In this document: positions 10,772 through 21,800 of the stretch, piece after piece
How the letters are laid out: each line of letters opens with the position of its first letter
Position numbering within the stretch: position 1 is the stretch's first letter
Notes under the pieces: generated by a model
Seen by the model: the letters and a program-made list of their open reading frames with translations, nothing else
Told to the model about the DNA's origin: nothing
Database searches by the model: none
Position numbers and translations under genes: made by a program
Source of the DNA: Zygophlyctis sp. KS116
Taxonomy: Eukaryota > Fungi > Chytridiomycota
Assembly: GCA_054661495.1 (NCBI GenBank)
Contig: BAAFSQ010000128.1
Location: forward strand, 1 to 28,026
Direction: 5' to 3'
DNA: 28,026 nt

Positions 10772-12239
10772 TTATAATTCTTCTTCAACTATAGCATCAT
10801 CAACCGATTCATCATCTGATTCATCCTCTAAATCATCGTCTCCTTCAGTGAAAAATAACGTACGACTAGCAGGCTTGGTTTTACTTGGAAAAGTAGCCTG
10901 AATTGCAGGATGAGGTTCGAAATTCCAAACTGCCATTTTACCTTTAGAACCACCAACTGCAACATGATATGGTGCATCTATTGAAAATTGAGCTGAAAAT
11001 AAACGTCCCTAAAATTAATAATTTCAAAAAATTACAATTTCCAAGTCTTTAGAAGTAATACAAATTGGTTGATCATTTTGAATATTCCAAATTTTCAGTA
11101 ATTTATCCTCTGAAGATCCAGTAAGAATACATCCTGAAAGTTTTTGATTTATATCTAAAACTGAAACTGAACCATCATGGGCGTGAATCTTGAAAATTGG
11201 AGTTGAAGAATTTCTTGCATCAAAACAATAGACTTGTCCTCCTTCAGTGGATACCATAAATCTAGAGAGATTCAAAGGATCCCATTTTAAACATTCAACA
11301 TCACTATCTAATTTAAATATATCAGAATTTGTATCTGGAGTTCTGATATCAAAAACACAAGCTTTAGAATCAAAACCTCCAGATAATAAAACTGATGATG
11401 ATGTTGGATGCCATTGTAGAGCAGAGACTTTATTTGAATGCTTTTGAAAAGATTGTAAAGCAGATTTTGGTTGGTTTATATCCCAAATTTTAATGGTATG
11501 ATCAGCAGAACCCGATGCTAAATTACATCTGGAATTAGAATTCCAAGATAAACTCATGACTGCATCAGAATGAACCATCTTCTTCTTCTTTTTACCTGAT
11601 GATCCACCTAAAACTACAGTTGGTAACATTACTTCTAAACAATCCAAATCCCAAATTTCAATTTCCGGATCAAATGTACTAACTGCAATCAAATTTCCTA
11701 AATTTTAAATATTTAATCATACCATGGACACCATCTTTACCATAATCTAACCATTCTAAAGCCAATGGAAAAGACGGAAGTAGAATATCATGGTGAACAT
11801 AAAGATTTTCATCATCTTTTTCATAAATATAAACCTCTAAATGAGACATTTCATCTTGAGTTTTTGCCATGACTATTAAATGATCTGTCGGTAGTATTTT
11901 AGATTCCTCCAAGTTATCTTCATCCTTTAGTTTCAGATAAGGATCTTGATCGTTTGACGGATAATAACTTAATCCCTTCATTTGACTAAACAGAGCAGTC
12001 GATTCTTCTTCTTCTTCTGCCGACTCATAGTCTGATAAGTTGTATTCCTTTAAATCTTGATCGATCTGATCCATTTGATCAACTTGATCAGTCAATGCAT
12101 TCTTTGCGGCATTCTTTGCATTGGTCAAATTCAATCCCAATTCTTTCACAGCATTCTCAATTTCTTCTTCTGAAAGAGACGTTGGAGTTGGATCACTCTT
12201 TGCCTTTCCCTGTCTAATCCAAGTCAATGCAGAAATCAT
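10772..12239 (-). CDS. PWP1: Periodic tryptophan protein 1 (WD40 ribosome biogenesis factor). Introns at 11698-11722 and 11009-11035.
   Basis: MISALTWIRQG N-terminus, NLYVHHDILLPSFPLALEWLD, IEIWDLD and HSDAVMSLSWN...LASGSADHTIKIWD WD40 repeats. The last exon reads GRLFSAQF... into an acidic tail with a stop at 10772. Confidence 0.92.
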
Positions 12240-12267
12240 ATTTTCTTTTTAGAAAATTTATCCTTTA

Positions 12268-12951
12268 TTAAAGTCCAGTATATCTCAGATATGGCTTAAC
12301 AATCTTTAAATTTGGATACTTTTTTAATGCATCCTCTGTTGAGACAGTAGGAGGAACAATCACCTAAAAATATTAATTTTATAATTTAAATACATCTTCT
12401 CCCTTTTTCCAATTGACAGGAGTTGCAACTTTGTGCAAATCACAAGTCTGTAAAGAATCCAAAACTCGAAGTATTTCATGGAAATTTCTACCAGTTGACG
12501 CAGGATATGAGATCATGAGTCTTATAGTATCATTAGGATCAATTATAAAAACTGATCTGACAGTAAAAGGCATTCCTTGTTTATCAACATTTGTTGCATC
12601 TTGTCCGTCCAACATTGCATATAATGTAGCAACTTTACGATCTGCATCAGCAATAATAGGAAATGAAACTTTTGTATTTTGAGTTTCGTTAATGTCAGAA
12701 ATCCATTTTTCATGAGATTCTAGAGCATTACAAGATAATCCAATGACTTTTGTAGATCTTAACTTCCATTCTTCTTGTAATTTAGCAACTTGTCCTAACT
12801 CTGTTGTACAAACTGGAGTAAAGTCTTCAGGATGAGAGAATAATATTGCCCAAGAATTCTTTTTCCAAGTATAAAATTCAATAGATCCTTGAGTTGTTTC
12901 AGCGTTAAAGTTTGGCGCTTGATCTCCCAACAATAGAGATGATCTTGACAT
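12268..12951 (-). CDS. PRX1: 1-Cys peroxiredoxin (Prx6/PRX1 family); intron at 12364-12393
   Basis: FSHPEDFTPVCTTE active site, YPASTGRNFHEILRVLDSLQ and VATPVNWKKGED. The last exon is VIVPPTVSTEDALKKYPNLKIVKPYLRYTGL*. Confidence 0.93.
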
Positions 12952-13299
12952 TTTCACACAAAATTCCTACTAGTTGTGTTTCGGACTCGGCGTTTCCAGA
13001 CTGATTTTAATTTGACAAGATTATAAACTCAAGCCTTAGAATCAATGAATTACTATTGACAAGTTTTATACTCTATGAAAGATACTTCAAGTGATTGAAA
13101 GTTGGTCTATTTAATTCAGGAGACGTTGCAAATGATTCTGGGTGTTGTCCAAACATACCGAAAAATTAATTGTAAAAACAATTAATTTTAATTGTATGCG
13201 AACAATCATTGATTGTTCATTGAGTGAGTATTACAATATTTTTACAATTATTTACACAGCTATCGACATATTCTTTCAAGTATTATACATATCTGGCCA

Positions 13300-13700
13300 A
13301 AGTAGTAGCGCTTGAGAGCCGTCCCGATAGTATAGGCTGAGACTGAAACCAAATCAAAGGCTAATGGTCTGTTCGGCAAGTTGTACCAGAGGTAAGAAAT
13401 AAACCGTGATGGTCAAGCATGGTAATAATGGCCAATAATTCTTTTTCATGAACGGGGTACTTTCGTTCATGATCGTTCATTTTACGTGAATAGTCTGTAG
13501 ATAAATAAGTCTGTTTGTCCGGCTCAAAATGTTTCAACACTGGTGCAGTATATAAAGCTTCTAATAGCTTCTGATGAGCTGATCTCTCCTTGTTTCCCCT
13601 GATCCAGTTTGAGTCTTTTCGAGTTAAGTGTGATAAAGGCTGAGCGATCTCAGCACACATTGGAATATAGGCTCGGAACCAGGGGTTCCGACAATACTAT
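13300..13700 (-). mobile_element. Degenerate Ty3/Gypsy pol fragment (RT thumb and RNase H)
   Basis: WFRAYIPMCAEIAQPLSHLTRK...APVLKHF...YSRKMNDHERKYPVHEKELLAII, with an internal deletion and stops. Confidence 0.85.
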
Positions 13701-14249
13701 TGTTTATCTATCGGGTGCTAGAAAACTACCCAATAGATTATTGAGAAATCAAAATTCAATAAGATATATTGTAAATTATTTTTATATATTGTTCACTTTG
13801 ATTTGTCTAGATTTAGAACTTCCTGCAACGTTATTATTCCCCAAAGGTCACGATTTTCAGACTCAAAATACATTGAAAACTGATTTTCTATAATCAGTCA
13901 AAATAAGTGTAAGTTAGTCTTAATCGAAACTTACTTGGAGACACTAAACAATCTATATTTTTCGCATCCGTCACTATTCATACTTTTTCTTTTTAAAGCC
14001 CTTTCCAGCATACTTTGATTTTCCTTAGAGACTATTTCCTCTCTTCGCAGAAGAAAATGTGAAACAAATTGTTATCACATAAATCTTGTAAGGCTGGGCG
14101 TCCATGGTTTGGTTTGGATTGGAAATGATGAACCAAACTATGGGCTTTGCTCTCTCCGAAGATACACTTGATGCTTGAACCGTAAGATAATCCCTCGTCA
14201 TGACCGCTAATATTGGACAATTAAATTGATTATTCTTTCAAAACTGAAA

Positions 14250-15600
14250 AACAGTATTATTGGCCCCATAATCTAAACGTGGCCCATATTCCTCTTCAAC
14301 GTTAACTTCTTTTCATAAATGCTGGTAGTTAGCAACTGATAGAGATGCCTTAGCCGGCGACCTCACTTGCACATCGGCCTTCGTTTTGTAATAGTGAAAG
14401 GAACTTGAAAAATTGCTTTCCACACTTCTTACCCACTCATCTAACCATCCAAGCCTAGCTTTTAAAAAGTTTTTTGGTTCTGGGGTCCAAAATAAGTGCT
14501 ATTCCAGCAATTGGCGAAATTTGGTCATAATAATTCTCTAACTTCTCAATGGCCGCTGAAAGTCCAATATATATATCTTACAGCGAGTACTGACATCAAT
14601 TATGGAACTAGATACTTATTTTTTTTTCTTCACAAACTTGTTCCATTAATCTTCTTAATTTTGGCGATAACCTAATTTTTCTAACCAAAAAGGCTAGACG
14701 GGAGAGTGCTGTCACCATTCTGTCAGTAGAAAAAGACCCAGGATCGTATGTTTCCTTTTCAGTAGGCTGCTTAAAGTTTTAAGAATTTCTGATGCCCCAA
14801 GATTTATAAAATGTGCCATAAACTCAATCTGATTCCATGATACACTAAAGCCTGCTTCAGGAAAGTTAGCATGGTAATAATGTTTAAGATAAGCCATCAT
14901 TGTAGAGTTGTTACTAGCATTGTCCGCAGTAATTCCAAGCAGCCTTTGTGAAATTTCATAGTCTTCCAGTATTTCAATAAACGCCCGAGCCAAACTTTCA
15001 CCGTCATGTTCCTCCTTCAAGAATTTAAAAGCTAACAATCCTTCCTGCAGGTTTCAATCATTATCAATATAGCGAATTGTTAACCTAAAGAAAGACAGCT
15101 GATTCTTAGACGTCAATACATCACATGTGATAGAGAATTTTGATTTGAAAGAATGTAACTTTACCTTTAATTCCGATTTCAAATCATCATACATTGTATC
15201 CAAACGCCTCATGATAGTCCTTCGGGAGTGAACAGTTACATCTTTTTTCAAATATTCCAGCAAATCTTCAAATTCTTCAGCATCCACAATAGCAAACGGT
15301 AAAACTTTCTTGATTAAAAATTTCAGTATCTTTCCCATAAACACATCAACATCAAAATTTATCATTTTCTTGTCTTTAAAGAAATCAGGTTTAGCAGAGC
15401 GTTGCATTTGGGTCGGTGTTGGCAATAATGCTGCACATTTTGCTGGATGATTGTCCCTCAAATGCTTAAAAAAAGTCCCTGTAGATGGACCTTGATAGAT
15501 TTTCGACAGTAGTTGCATTTGTAATGAATAACACTTTTGCCTTTATTTTTTCCATCCTGCACAATTTTCTTTATCTTCTCGCAGTGAGGGGAACAAGCAC
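14250..15600 (-). mobile_element. Degenerate hAT transposase (Ac-like, with BED finger relic)
   Basis: KCNYC...STGTFFKHLRDNHP, LPFAIVD, FSITCDVLTSKNQLSF, EHDGESLA, GITADNASNN and MAHFINL motifs, broken by frameshifts. Confidence 0.85.
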
Positions 15601-15639
15601 TTTTTGATTCTTATAAGTCTTCACTTGCTACCTCATCTG

Positions 15640-16660
15640 GAACTGAGAGGGAGATATTTTTCAAATCAGAAAGCTCTCTGCCAGATGGAATCAGCAACTT
15701 TAATTCATCATCATCCATTTTTTAAATATATTCTTCAAGTCTTAAGGTCCGTTCCATCATCCTATATTTTGAAGACCATCTGGTTGTAGATTCATAGAAA
15801 CAGGCTCTAAGTCAGTAAGTTGTCTTAGCCTTCCAGCCTTCTTAAGATTTGACAAGATCATTATTTGATTAAAATTAACTATAATCTTTTGATTCGGTTC
15901 AAGATATTTCTGCACAGCAAGATTAAATCTATGACTTGTCCAGCCAATAAAAGGGTCAAATCTGCAGTATCAGGATTGGTGTTGGTGTTATCGGCAACCA
16001 TGTAAAGAATATCTTCTTTCTTTCTTTCAGCAAACATTTCCCACTACATCTACAATAAAATCTGCTTGAGTTTGAGCAGTGAATCTGGTTTCATCAAAAG
16101 GAGGGGCCATAGTAAGTAATCTTTCATAGTTTATACCATCTTTTGCATAAGCTGCATATACACCGAAATAATGAGTTCTTCCTTCCGTCCAGCCATCTAT
16201 AACTAAACCAAATTGATTTGGCAATTCTTCCTTTAATTGTTCATCAATAGGAGCTTCGACCAATTTCAAATATTTGTTGAATGTATCCACTGAAATAATC
16301 TCTAAAAGTTTTCTTTCTACGGTAAAAATTGGAAGGTTATCAGTGACAATCCAATTCAACCATGAGTGCAACTGTAAGACCTTTGGATTTGCAATAAAGA
16401 AATAGATTTTCCTTTCAGCGATTTGGGATTATTTCTTTTAAAGTCATTGTAGAGCTGCTCCCAAAAATCATGTTTTCCCCTTATATGAGACATTAGGTTT
16501 GTATATCCAGAACTTTTTTGTTTTTTCGAGTTGTGCCACAGCAACATTGAAAAACTTTATCCTAACCAGACTTAGGGTCACAAATCTCTTTAGTAGTGGA
16601 CTTGTTCTTAATACATGAAAAAAAATATTGAAAAAATATTGTAAAATTATTGACCGTAAT
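15640..16660 (-). mobile_element. Second degenerate hAT-family transposase
   Basis: SGYTNLMSHI, WLNWIVTDNLP, FGLVIDGWT, IGWTSHRFNLAVQ and TRWSSKYRMMER, distributed across shifted frames. Confidence 0.82.
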
Positions 16661-16849
16661 CCCAACCAATGATTAGGCCTAAAAATTGCTGAACTTCCTT
16701 AGGAGAGTTGGGAGGGGTAATATCTAGACCTGGTAGTTTCTTAACATTCGAAGATACTCCCTCTTGAGATAGATAGTGAACTCAGAATTTGACTGAATTT
16801 TTCAAGAATTGACATTTGCTAGATTTTAAATACAATTTATGTTTTCGAA

Positions 16850-18690
16850 GCAGGCTAAAGGTTTGCTCTAGTGTAATCAAATGAGATTTTCGATTTTCCG
16901 TATATAGAAGCAGATCATCCAATAACTATAAATCATAAAACTGACCGAATATTCTATTCATGGCAATCTGCATTGTTGAGGGAGAGTTGGTGAGGCCCAT
17001 GGGCGTCACGTCAAATTCATAATGTCCATAAAGTGTGCGGAAAGCCGTTTTGTGACGGTCTTCTTCCTTCACGAGTATATTATAAAATCCATCTCTTAGA
17101 CCCATAGTGCTAGATACTCTAGCCTCTCTTACCCGATCTCTTAATTCAGATAGATTAGGTGAAGGAGCCTTATTTTAAACTGTGATAGAGTTAAAACTCC
17201 TGTAATCGACACACAATCGAAAGGTCCCATCTGGTTTCTGTGCAAACAATATCATAGCTCCAAAAGGACTAGTAAGGGGTCTTATAAACCCCTTCTCCAT
17301 TAATTCTTCTATTGTGGTCTTTAACACGGATAATTTCTCCTCAGACAATCTACCAATTCCACAAACCGGGGGAAGAGGAGCTCCAGGCTTGATGGCTATA
17401 GAATGATCTTCTGGGCGCGAAGGAGGTGGAATGAGTGGCTTCTCAAATATATCTTGATAATCCAATAAAAGCGTTGCCAATTCAGGATCCACGGGGGAGT
17501 TATTTGTTGTGTCTACAGACCCTTCTGGTTTGTCTATTGACAAGATTCCATAAGTTTCAAATTCTCCATCTTCACAAGATTTTTCAAATTGAATGGTGGA
17601 TAAACACAATGAGTGGCTGACAGAAAATTCCCCAAAGTCAGCTTAATGAAAAGCCCCCCGTCATAAAATTGAACGATCTTTTGAAACCAATCAATCTTCG
17701 TAATAACCACTTAGAGGCAAATGTATATCGGCAATAAAAAATTCTATTTTTTGTGAATAAAGGCCTTGCTTAATATGTGACGTCGTGAATTTATTTTTTC
17801 TCGCGATTGCCCATGAACCGGGGGATAGTACCCGCGTTAATTTTTGGTACATAAAAATTTTAGTGTGTCGCGTGCTGCTCTAGGGTCGGGCATATCAAGA
17901 AACGATAGGTCCATAATATCTTTAGTAGGCGTCTTAATATCGGAAATTTTGATAGGTCTCTCCATACTTGAATCCGATACACTAGACGTAGCTATAACAT
18001 ATTCTTCCACGTATTTAAGCAATTCTTCTTGATAAACGCTGAGAGTTTTAAAATCGGTAGGGTTTAACTCCTCCAATTTATCTTTAAAGTTTATTGTATC
18101 GTTTGCGAAATTCGATTTTATGAAAGTCTTATTTCTTGCTACAAAGCCATCCATATATTTCCGAGCAAGTCTTTTGCGGTATACCCTGTCTCAACTTGAA
18201 AACTTCGAAAAGTATAATAATATTATCTTAGATCTCCTAAAGTAGTTCCTGCCTGTACTATTTATTCAAGCTTCCTAATCGCGTCAAGACGCTGATTAGT
18301 TCCTCGAAAGACGTCGTCTAGACTCGTAATGATGAAATCGAAGTCTTCAGATTCAAAATTAGTAGAGTCCAAAGAAGTCATCAGACGCCTTAGAGTACAT
18401 AAATGAATATTTCATATTGGCATAGCAAGAATTGGGACGATTTAATTCATTTAAGAGTTTGTTTTTAAAGTTTTTACCAAGGTACCATCATAGCTTGGAA
18501 CTTCCAGGAGCCGTCCGCTAACTTTAGGTATTGAAGAAACTTTGAGTGACAGTTCTATCCTACTTTGAATTGTAAAAAGAGAAGATAATTGGGAACCAGA
18601 ATTCATCATCTGAGCATTTTCCCGTCTCAAATGGTCAAAGGCAGTCCTTTGTTCTGCTAGTTGCTGATTCAGCAGCAGCAGTTTTGCCAA
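16850..18690 (-). mobile_element. Degenerate Ty3/Gypsy retrotransposon (gag-like region and RT)
   Basis: KGFIRPLTSPFGAMILFAQKPDGTFRLCVDYR, HKTAFRTLYGHYEFDVTPMGLTNSP and a decayed YxDD (LLDDLLLY). The upstream low-complexity ORFs occupy the gag position; that assignment is weaker. Confidence 0.85.
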
Positions 18691-19190
18691 TTACAAATAC
18701 TGATTGCTGTTTCTTCTGCATCCATTCATTATAAAAAGTAATGAAGCAATCTTGCAGCACATTCTCCTCGATCATTGAAAAAGGTAAGTACTGTTTTGAT
18801 ACTAATTCAGCATTTGCCTCACGGAATGTTTTTTCTTTCTGGAGTTGTTGAGGCATTGTTGTTGAAAATTGGTCTAAAGTGCCTTGTACTAAACCCTCTG
18901 GTAAACTATAAATTACAGTACGTAACTGAAGAAAAAGTGGCACTTCTTGGGCCAATATCAATTCCCATTTGAATGAAAAGCATCCAGACTGGAAGATTCA
19001 GGATGAAAAAGTTAAAAATGGTGGTACTTTTAATAAATATATGGATTCTGATGGTAACTATTCTAAACTTATTTCTAGGAACGAATTGTTATAGATGGAT
19101 ATCTGTTGTTGTTTCTGAAAATCTTCCTTTTAGTTTTGTAGAAAAAGAAATTCTTAGAAGTGTTGTATCACTGAAACCTATCCAGTGAAA
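18660..19190. mobile_element. Two short hAT transposase fragments in opposite orientations
   Basis: Minus strand LVSKQYLPFSMIEE and plus strand WISVVVSENLPFSFVEKEILR, both matching the hAT LPFSxVE motif. Confidence 0.65.
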
Positions 19191-19232
19191 AACTGGTTTG
19201 CACCAGTGAAAAGACTAGTTTGCACCAGTGAA
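19182..19232 (+). repeat. Short tandem repeat, ~21-22 bp unit, about 2.5 copies
   Basis: CCAGTGAAAAACTGGTTTGCA / CCAGTGAAAAGACTAGTTTGCA / CCAGTGAA. Confidence 0.8.
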
Positions 19233-20005
19233 TCATGTTATAAGCTTGTATCGAAAAAGCCCATCAGTTTCTATAAATTATAGTCAGAGAACTTACGTAG
19301 ATATATAGAGTTAGTATGCTTATTGAAGTACTCAACCTGTTTTAAATGGCATTGCAGTCAATAGCTAAAGAGAGAGAGGAAGAGAAACCGGTTTAAAGGC
19401 AGCTCAATGCGTGCCAGTTTCTAAGCCGGAATTATAGTCCTGAGAACAACCGTAAGGTAGACCCAGTCAACTCTACCTCTTTCTCTCTTCAGAACATCAG
19501 GCGCAAGCACTCAAACCAGGTACCCACAGATTGCCGTAGTCAGCCAGCCCAGCTGTTACTAAAATTCCTTGGCAAGACACGAACACCCTTGGATCTTCCT
19601 CTGTCGGTCCCATCTGGATCACTTTTGTCGGGCAGAGACAAAGGAATATTATCCTGAAGTCAGTTAAATAAACTACCCAGAAATTTTCAATAAATCTTGG
19701 AGTCGGCCCGATTAATTCACCTACCTGTATTTGCCAGGGACTTCATTCGTGTGGCGTTTGCGTGTGTTCCCATATAGAGTATACTGAGATTCATATCTAC
19801 CTAATAGACAAGTGTCCGGCTTTGTTCCAAATGAAACCATAGTGTAGCACGATTGGACATTTTCAAATTCAGGTAATCGAAGAACTTCTCTTAGTGTTTG
19901 TTCTACGTAGATTTGCAAATCTGTCAACAGTCCACGGGCTTTGTGAGGAACCCAATCTGGGAAAAACTGACTATTTAAACTTAGCTTAGAAATCATATGT
20001 TGCTG

Positions 20006-20097
20006 GTCAAGATGGCCAATAAGCTTAATTAAACCAAACTCCGAAAAGCCTTCTTCTGCTCACTAACGTGGCGTGGGTTCGAACCCCACTCTGATCA
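20006..20097 (+). pseudogene. tRNA-Leu-like pseudogene or fragment
   Basis: 5' GTCAAGATGGCC resembles a tRNA-Leu start. The 3' half has a variable-arm hairpin CAC-TAAC-GTG and T-arm GTGGG-TTCGAAC-CCCAC, followed by a T run. The D arm and anticodon arm are not recognisable and the acceptor stem pairs poorly. Confidence 0.65.
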
Positions 20098-20238
20098 GAC
20101 TTTTTGACTGAACCCATTGTCAAGGGTTTGACCTACTCCTAAAATTTCCACGAGAAACACCCCTATTTCGGCGCGTACAATTTTTTTATTACTCACAAAG
20201 TCATCTAACTGTAAGAGTGGCTTTGATCAATTATCATA

Positions 20239-20283
20239 CACTTTCCTAGTAAGATATGATTATCATATCTTACTAGGAAAGTG
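20239..20283. repeat. Perfect 45-bp palindrome (22-bp arms, 1-nt centre)
   Basis: CACTTTCCTAGTAAGATATGAT-T-ATCATATCTTACTAGGAAAGTG. Confidence 0.97.
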
Positions 20284-20407
20284 AGCTGCATTTGACCTTC
20301 TGAGTGCTTTCATTTCATGTGTTTGTGTGAATTTTAGGTATAGTTCTTCTTAAGTGTTTCTAAATTCATTCAGGTGTTGGACACTGACAAACCCCTCCCA
20401 CTTGTTA

Positions 20408-21071
20408 TTAGTGTTTCTGTGAAATTAAGAAAGTATTTATTCTACATAAAACTGAGATTTTTTCTGGTGTGAAAGTACCGCAATAAATCACAAAATACCT
20501 TCTCATTTCTATAATTACAACCCAAGTTTGCCTGATTTCTTCCACTGCACCTCCAATTTCATCGTCATTTCGATCTTCATCACAAGCATCGAGAGTCTGA
20601 TTCACGTAATCATCATAGTCACCATGGTGTTCGGCGTACCACAAGTCCAGGTCTGAATCAGTTTCAAAGACAAATCGAAAAGTTGCTTTAGCGGAATTAA
20701 TGGACCACAGCATAGGATTAACATCTGTCCAACTGTACCTTCCAGTTTTGTCAATATTTCTTCACCGATAACATTAAATCCCTTCCACTTAGACCTGACA
20801 CTGCACAGCGCGAATCAAAAGCTTTCAACAAAGTCCTGATTTCCTCGGCATTACGAAAATCATTGTTTGGAGTAACTATTGTGCCCATATGTTTCATATC
20901 TCGAAACATTTGACAAGTTTTTGGAACTGATAGAAGACATTCTCTGTTTTTAAAACGTTTGAACCGTTCTTGGGGAGGAGTAGTTAAGAAATCTTTAATA
21001 ATTTGATCCATTTCAGAAAAAAATTCTGTAAAATTCAGAGAATTATTTGAGTCCAAGTATGGCTTACACAA
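20408..21071 (-). pseudogene. Frameshifted gene with an HNH/His-Me-finger-like motif
   Basis: Joining the two ORFs across a 1-nt shift near 20757 gives RCAVSGLSGRDLMLSVKK-IDKTGRYSWTDVNPMLWSINSAK, resembling the CAxSG...LSxDRID..GY...NV......NxAK HNH-type pattern. Confidence 0.45.
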
Positions 21072-21589
21072 TTTCTGAAGATATCTTTCTCGGTTAGTTT
21101 CTGCTCCAAACTAACTAACCCTAAGTAACCTAAATCTGCCGTGTTCAGGACAGGTTTCAGCTTGGGCTAAAAACAGATAATAATTCACCGACTTCAGTTC
21201 AAGCTGATCTAATCTCAAATCTTCGTATTTAGCCCGTTCTGACGAGGACGTCAGCTAAACTAGTTGGGGGAAGATGTATAGGGGCAGATCAGTTCAGATG
21301 AACGTGTTTAACAGCGTAGGTTTGAGTTTGAGGGGTTAGCCTAAACAAGTAGGTTTGGGAATCTCACAAATGGAAGTACTAGGAAATCAATATAGGTTTT
21401 TTTAATTCTAGGTTAATAATAATTAATTTTATCTATAAGAGTTTCATCTCTTACATTGGCGGAGAACGCCGGCAAAGATTAAAACAAAAGAAAAAATTTA
21501 AAAAGTCTTGAAAAGTACTAAGAAAATGGGAGAAAAATGCCTCCAAGAAAAAGTAAAAATAATGCTGCTAGCTCAAGAAAACTGTAAGA

Positions 21590-21800
21590 TTCAATTCATG
21601 TCCTCACGAAACAAGTTGAATCAATGATCGCTACAATGCTTCCTGATAAGTTCTCACCAATGTTTGCTGGATGGTCGGCCGGTGATACTCATTTTGTAGC
21701 CATTTTTACAACATTCATGCATGAAGGTGAAGAAAACAGTCATTACTGTCTTTTTCTCCTCTGATGGATGAAATGTCACAAGACGCTTCAGATTATTGGA
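21590..21800 (+). mobile_element. hAT transposase fragment related to the 15640-16660 element
   Basis: QVESMIATMLPDKFSPMFAGWSAGDTHFVAIF...LLSFSPLMDE parallels ELPNQFGLVIDGWTEGRTHYFGVY...LLTMAPPFDE. Confidence 0.7.

Noticed and set aside
988-12682. Antisense or overlapping ORFs (988-1170, 1487-1771, 2415-2606, 3912-4160, 6122-6370, 7646-7891, 10218-10409, 11247-11447, 12413-12682)
   Set aside because: They are shadows of well-supported genes on the other strand or frame and have no recognisable motifs.
19182-19232. Mini CRISPR-like array
   Set aside because: The units are directly adjacent with no unique spacers; this is a simple tandem duplication at a TE fragment end.
19300-19996. ORF 19721-19996 and downstream GC-richer sequence as a gene
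   Set aside because: No motif recognised and the continuation has many stops, so I cannot support a product call.
21100-21360. CTAACTAACCCTAAGTAACCTAAA as a telomeric seed or LTR
   Set aside because: Too short and irregular, and no second copy in the window.
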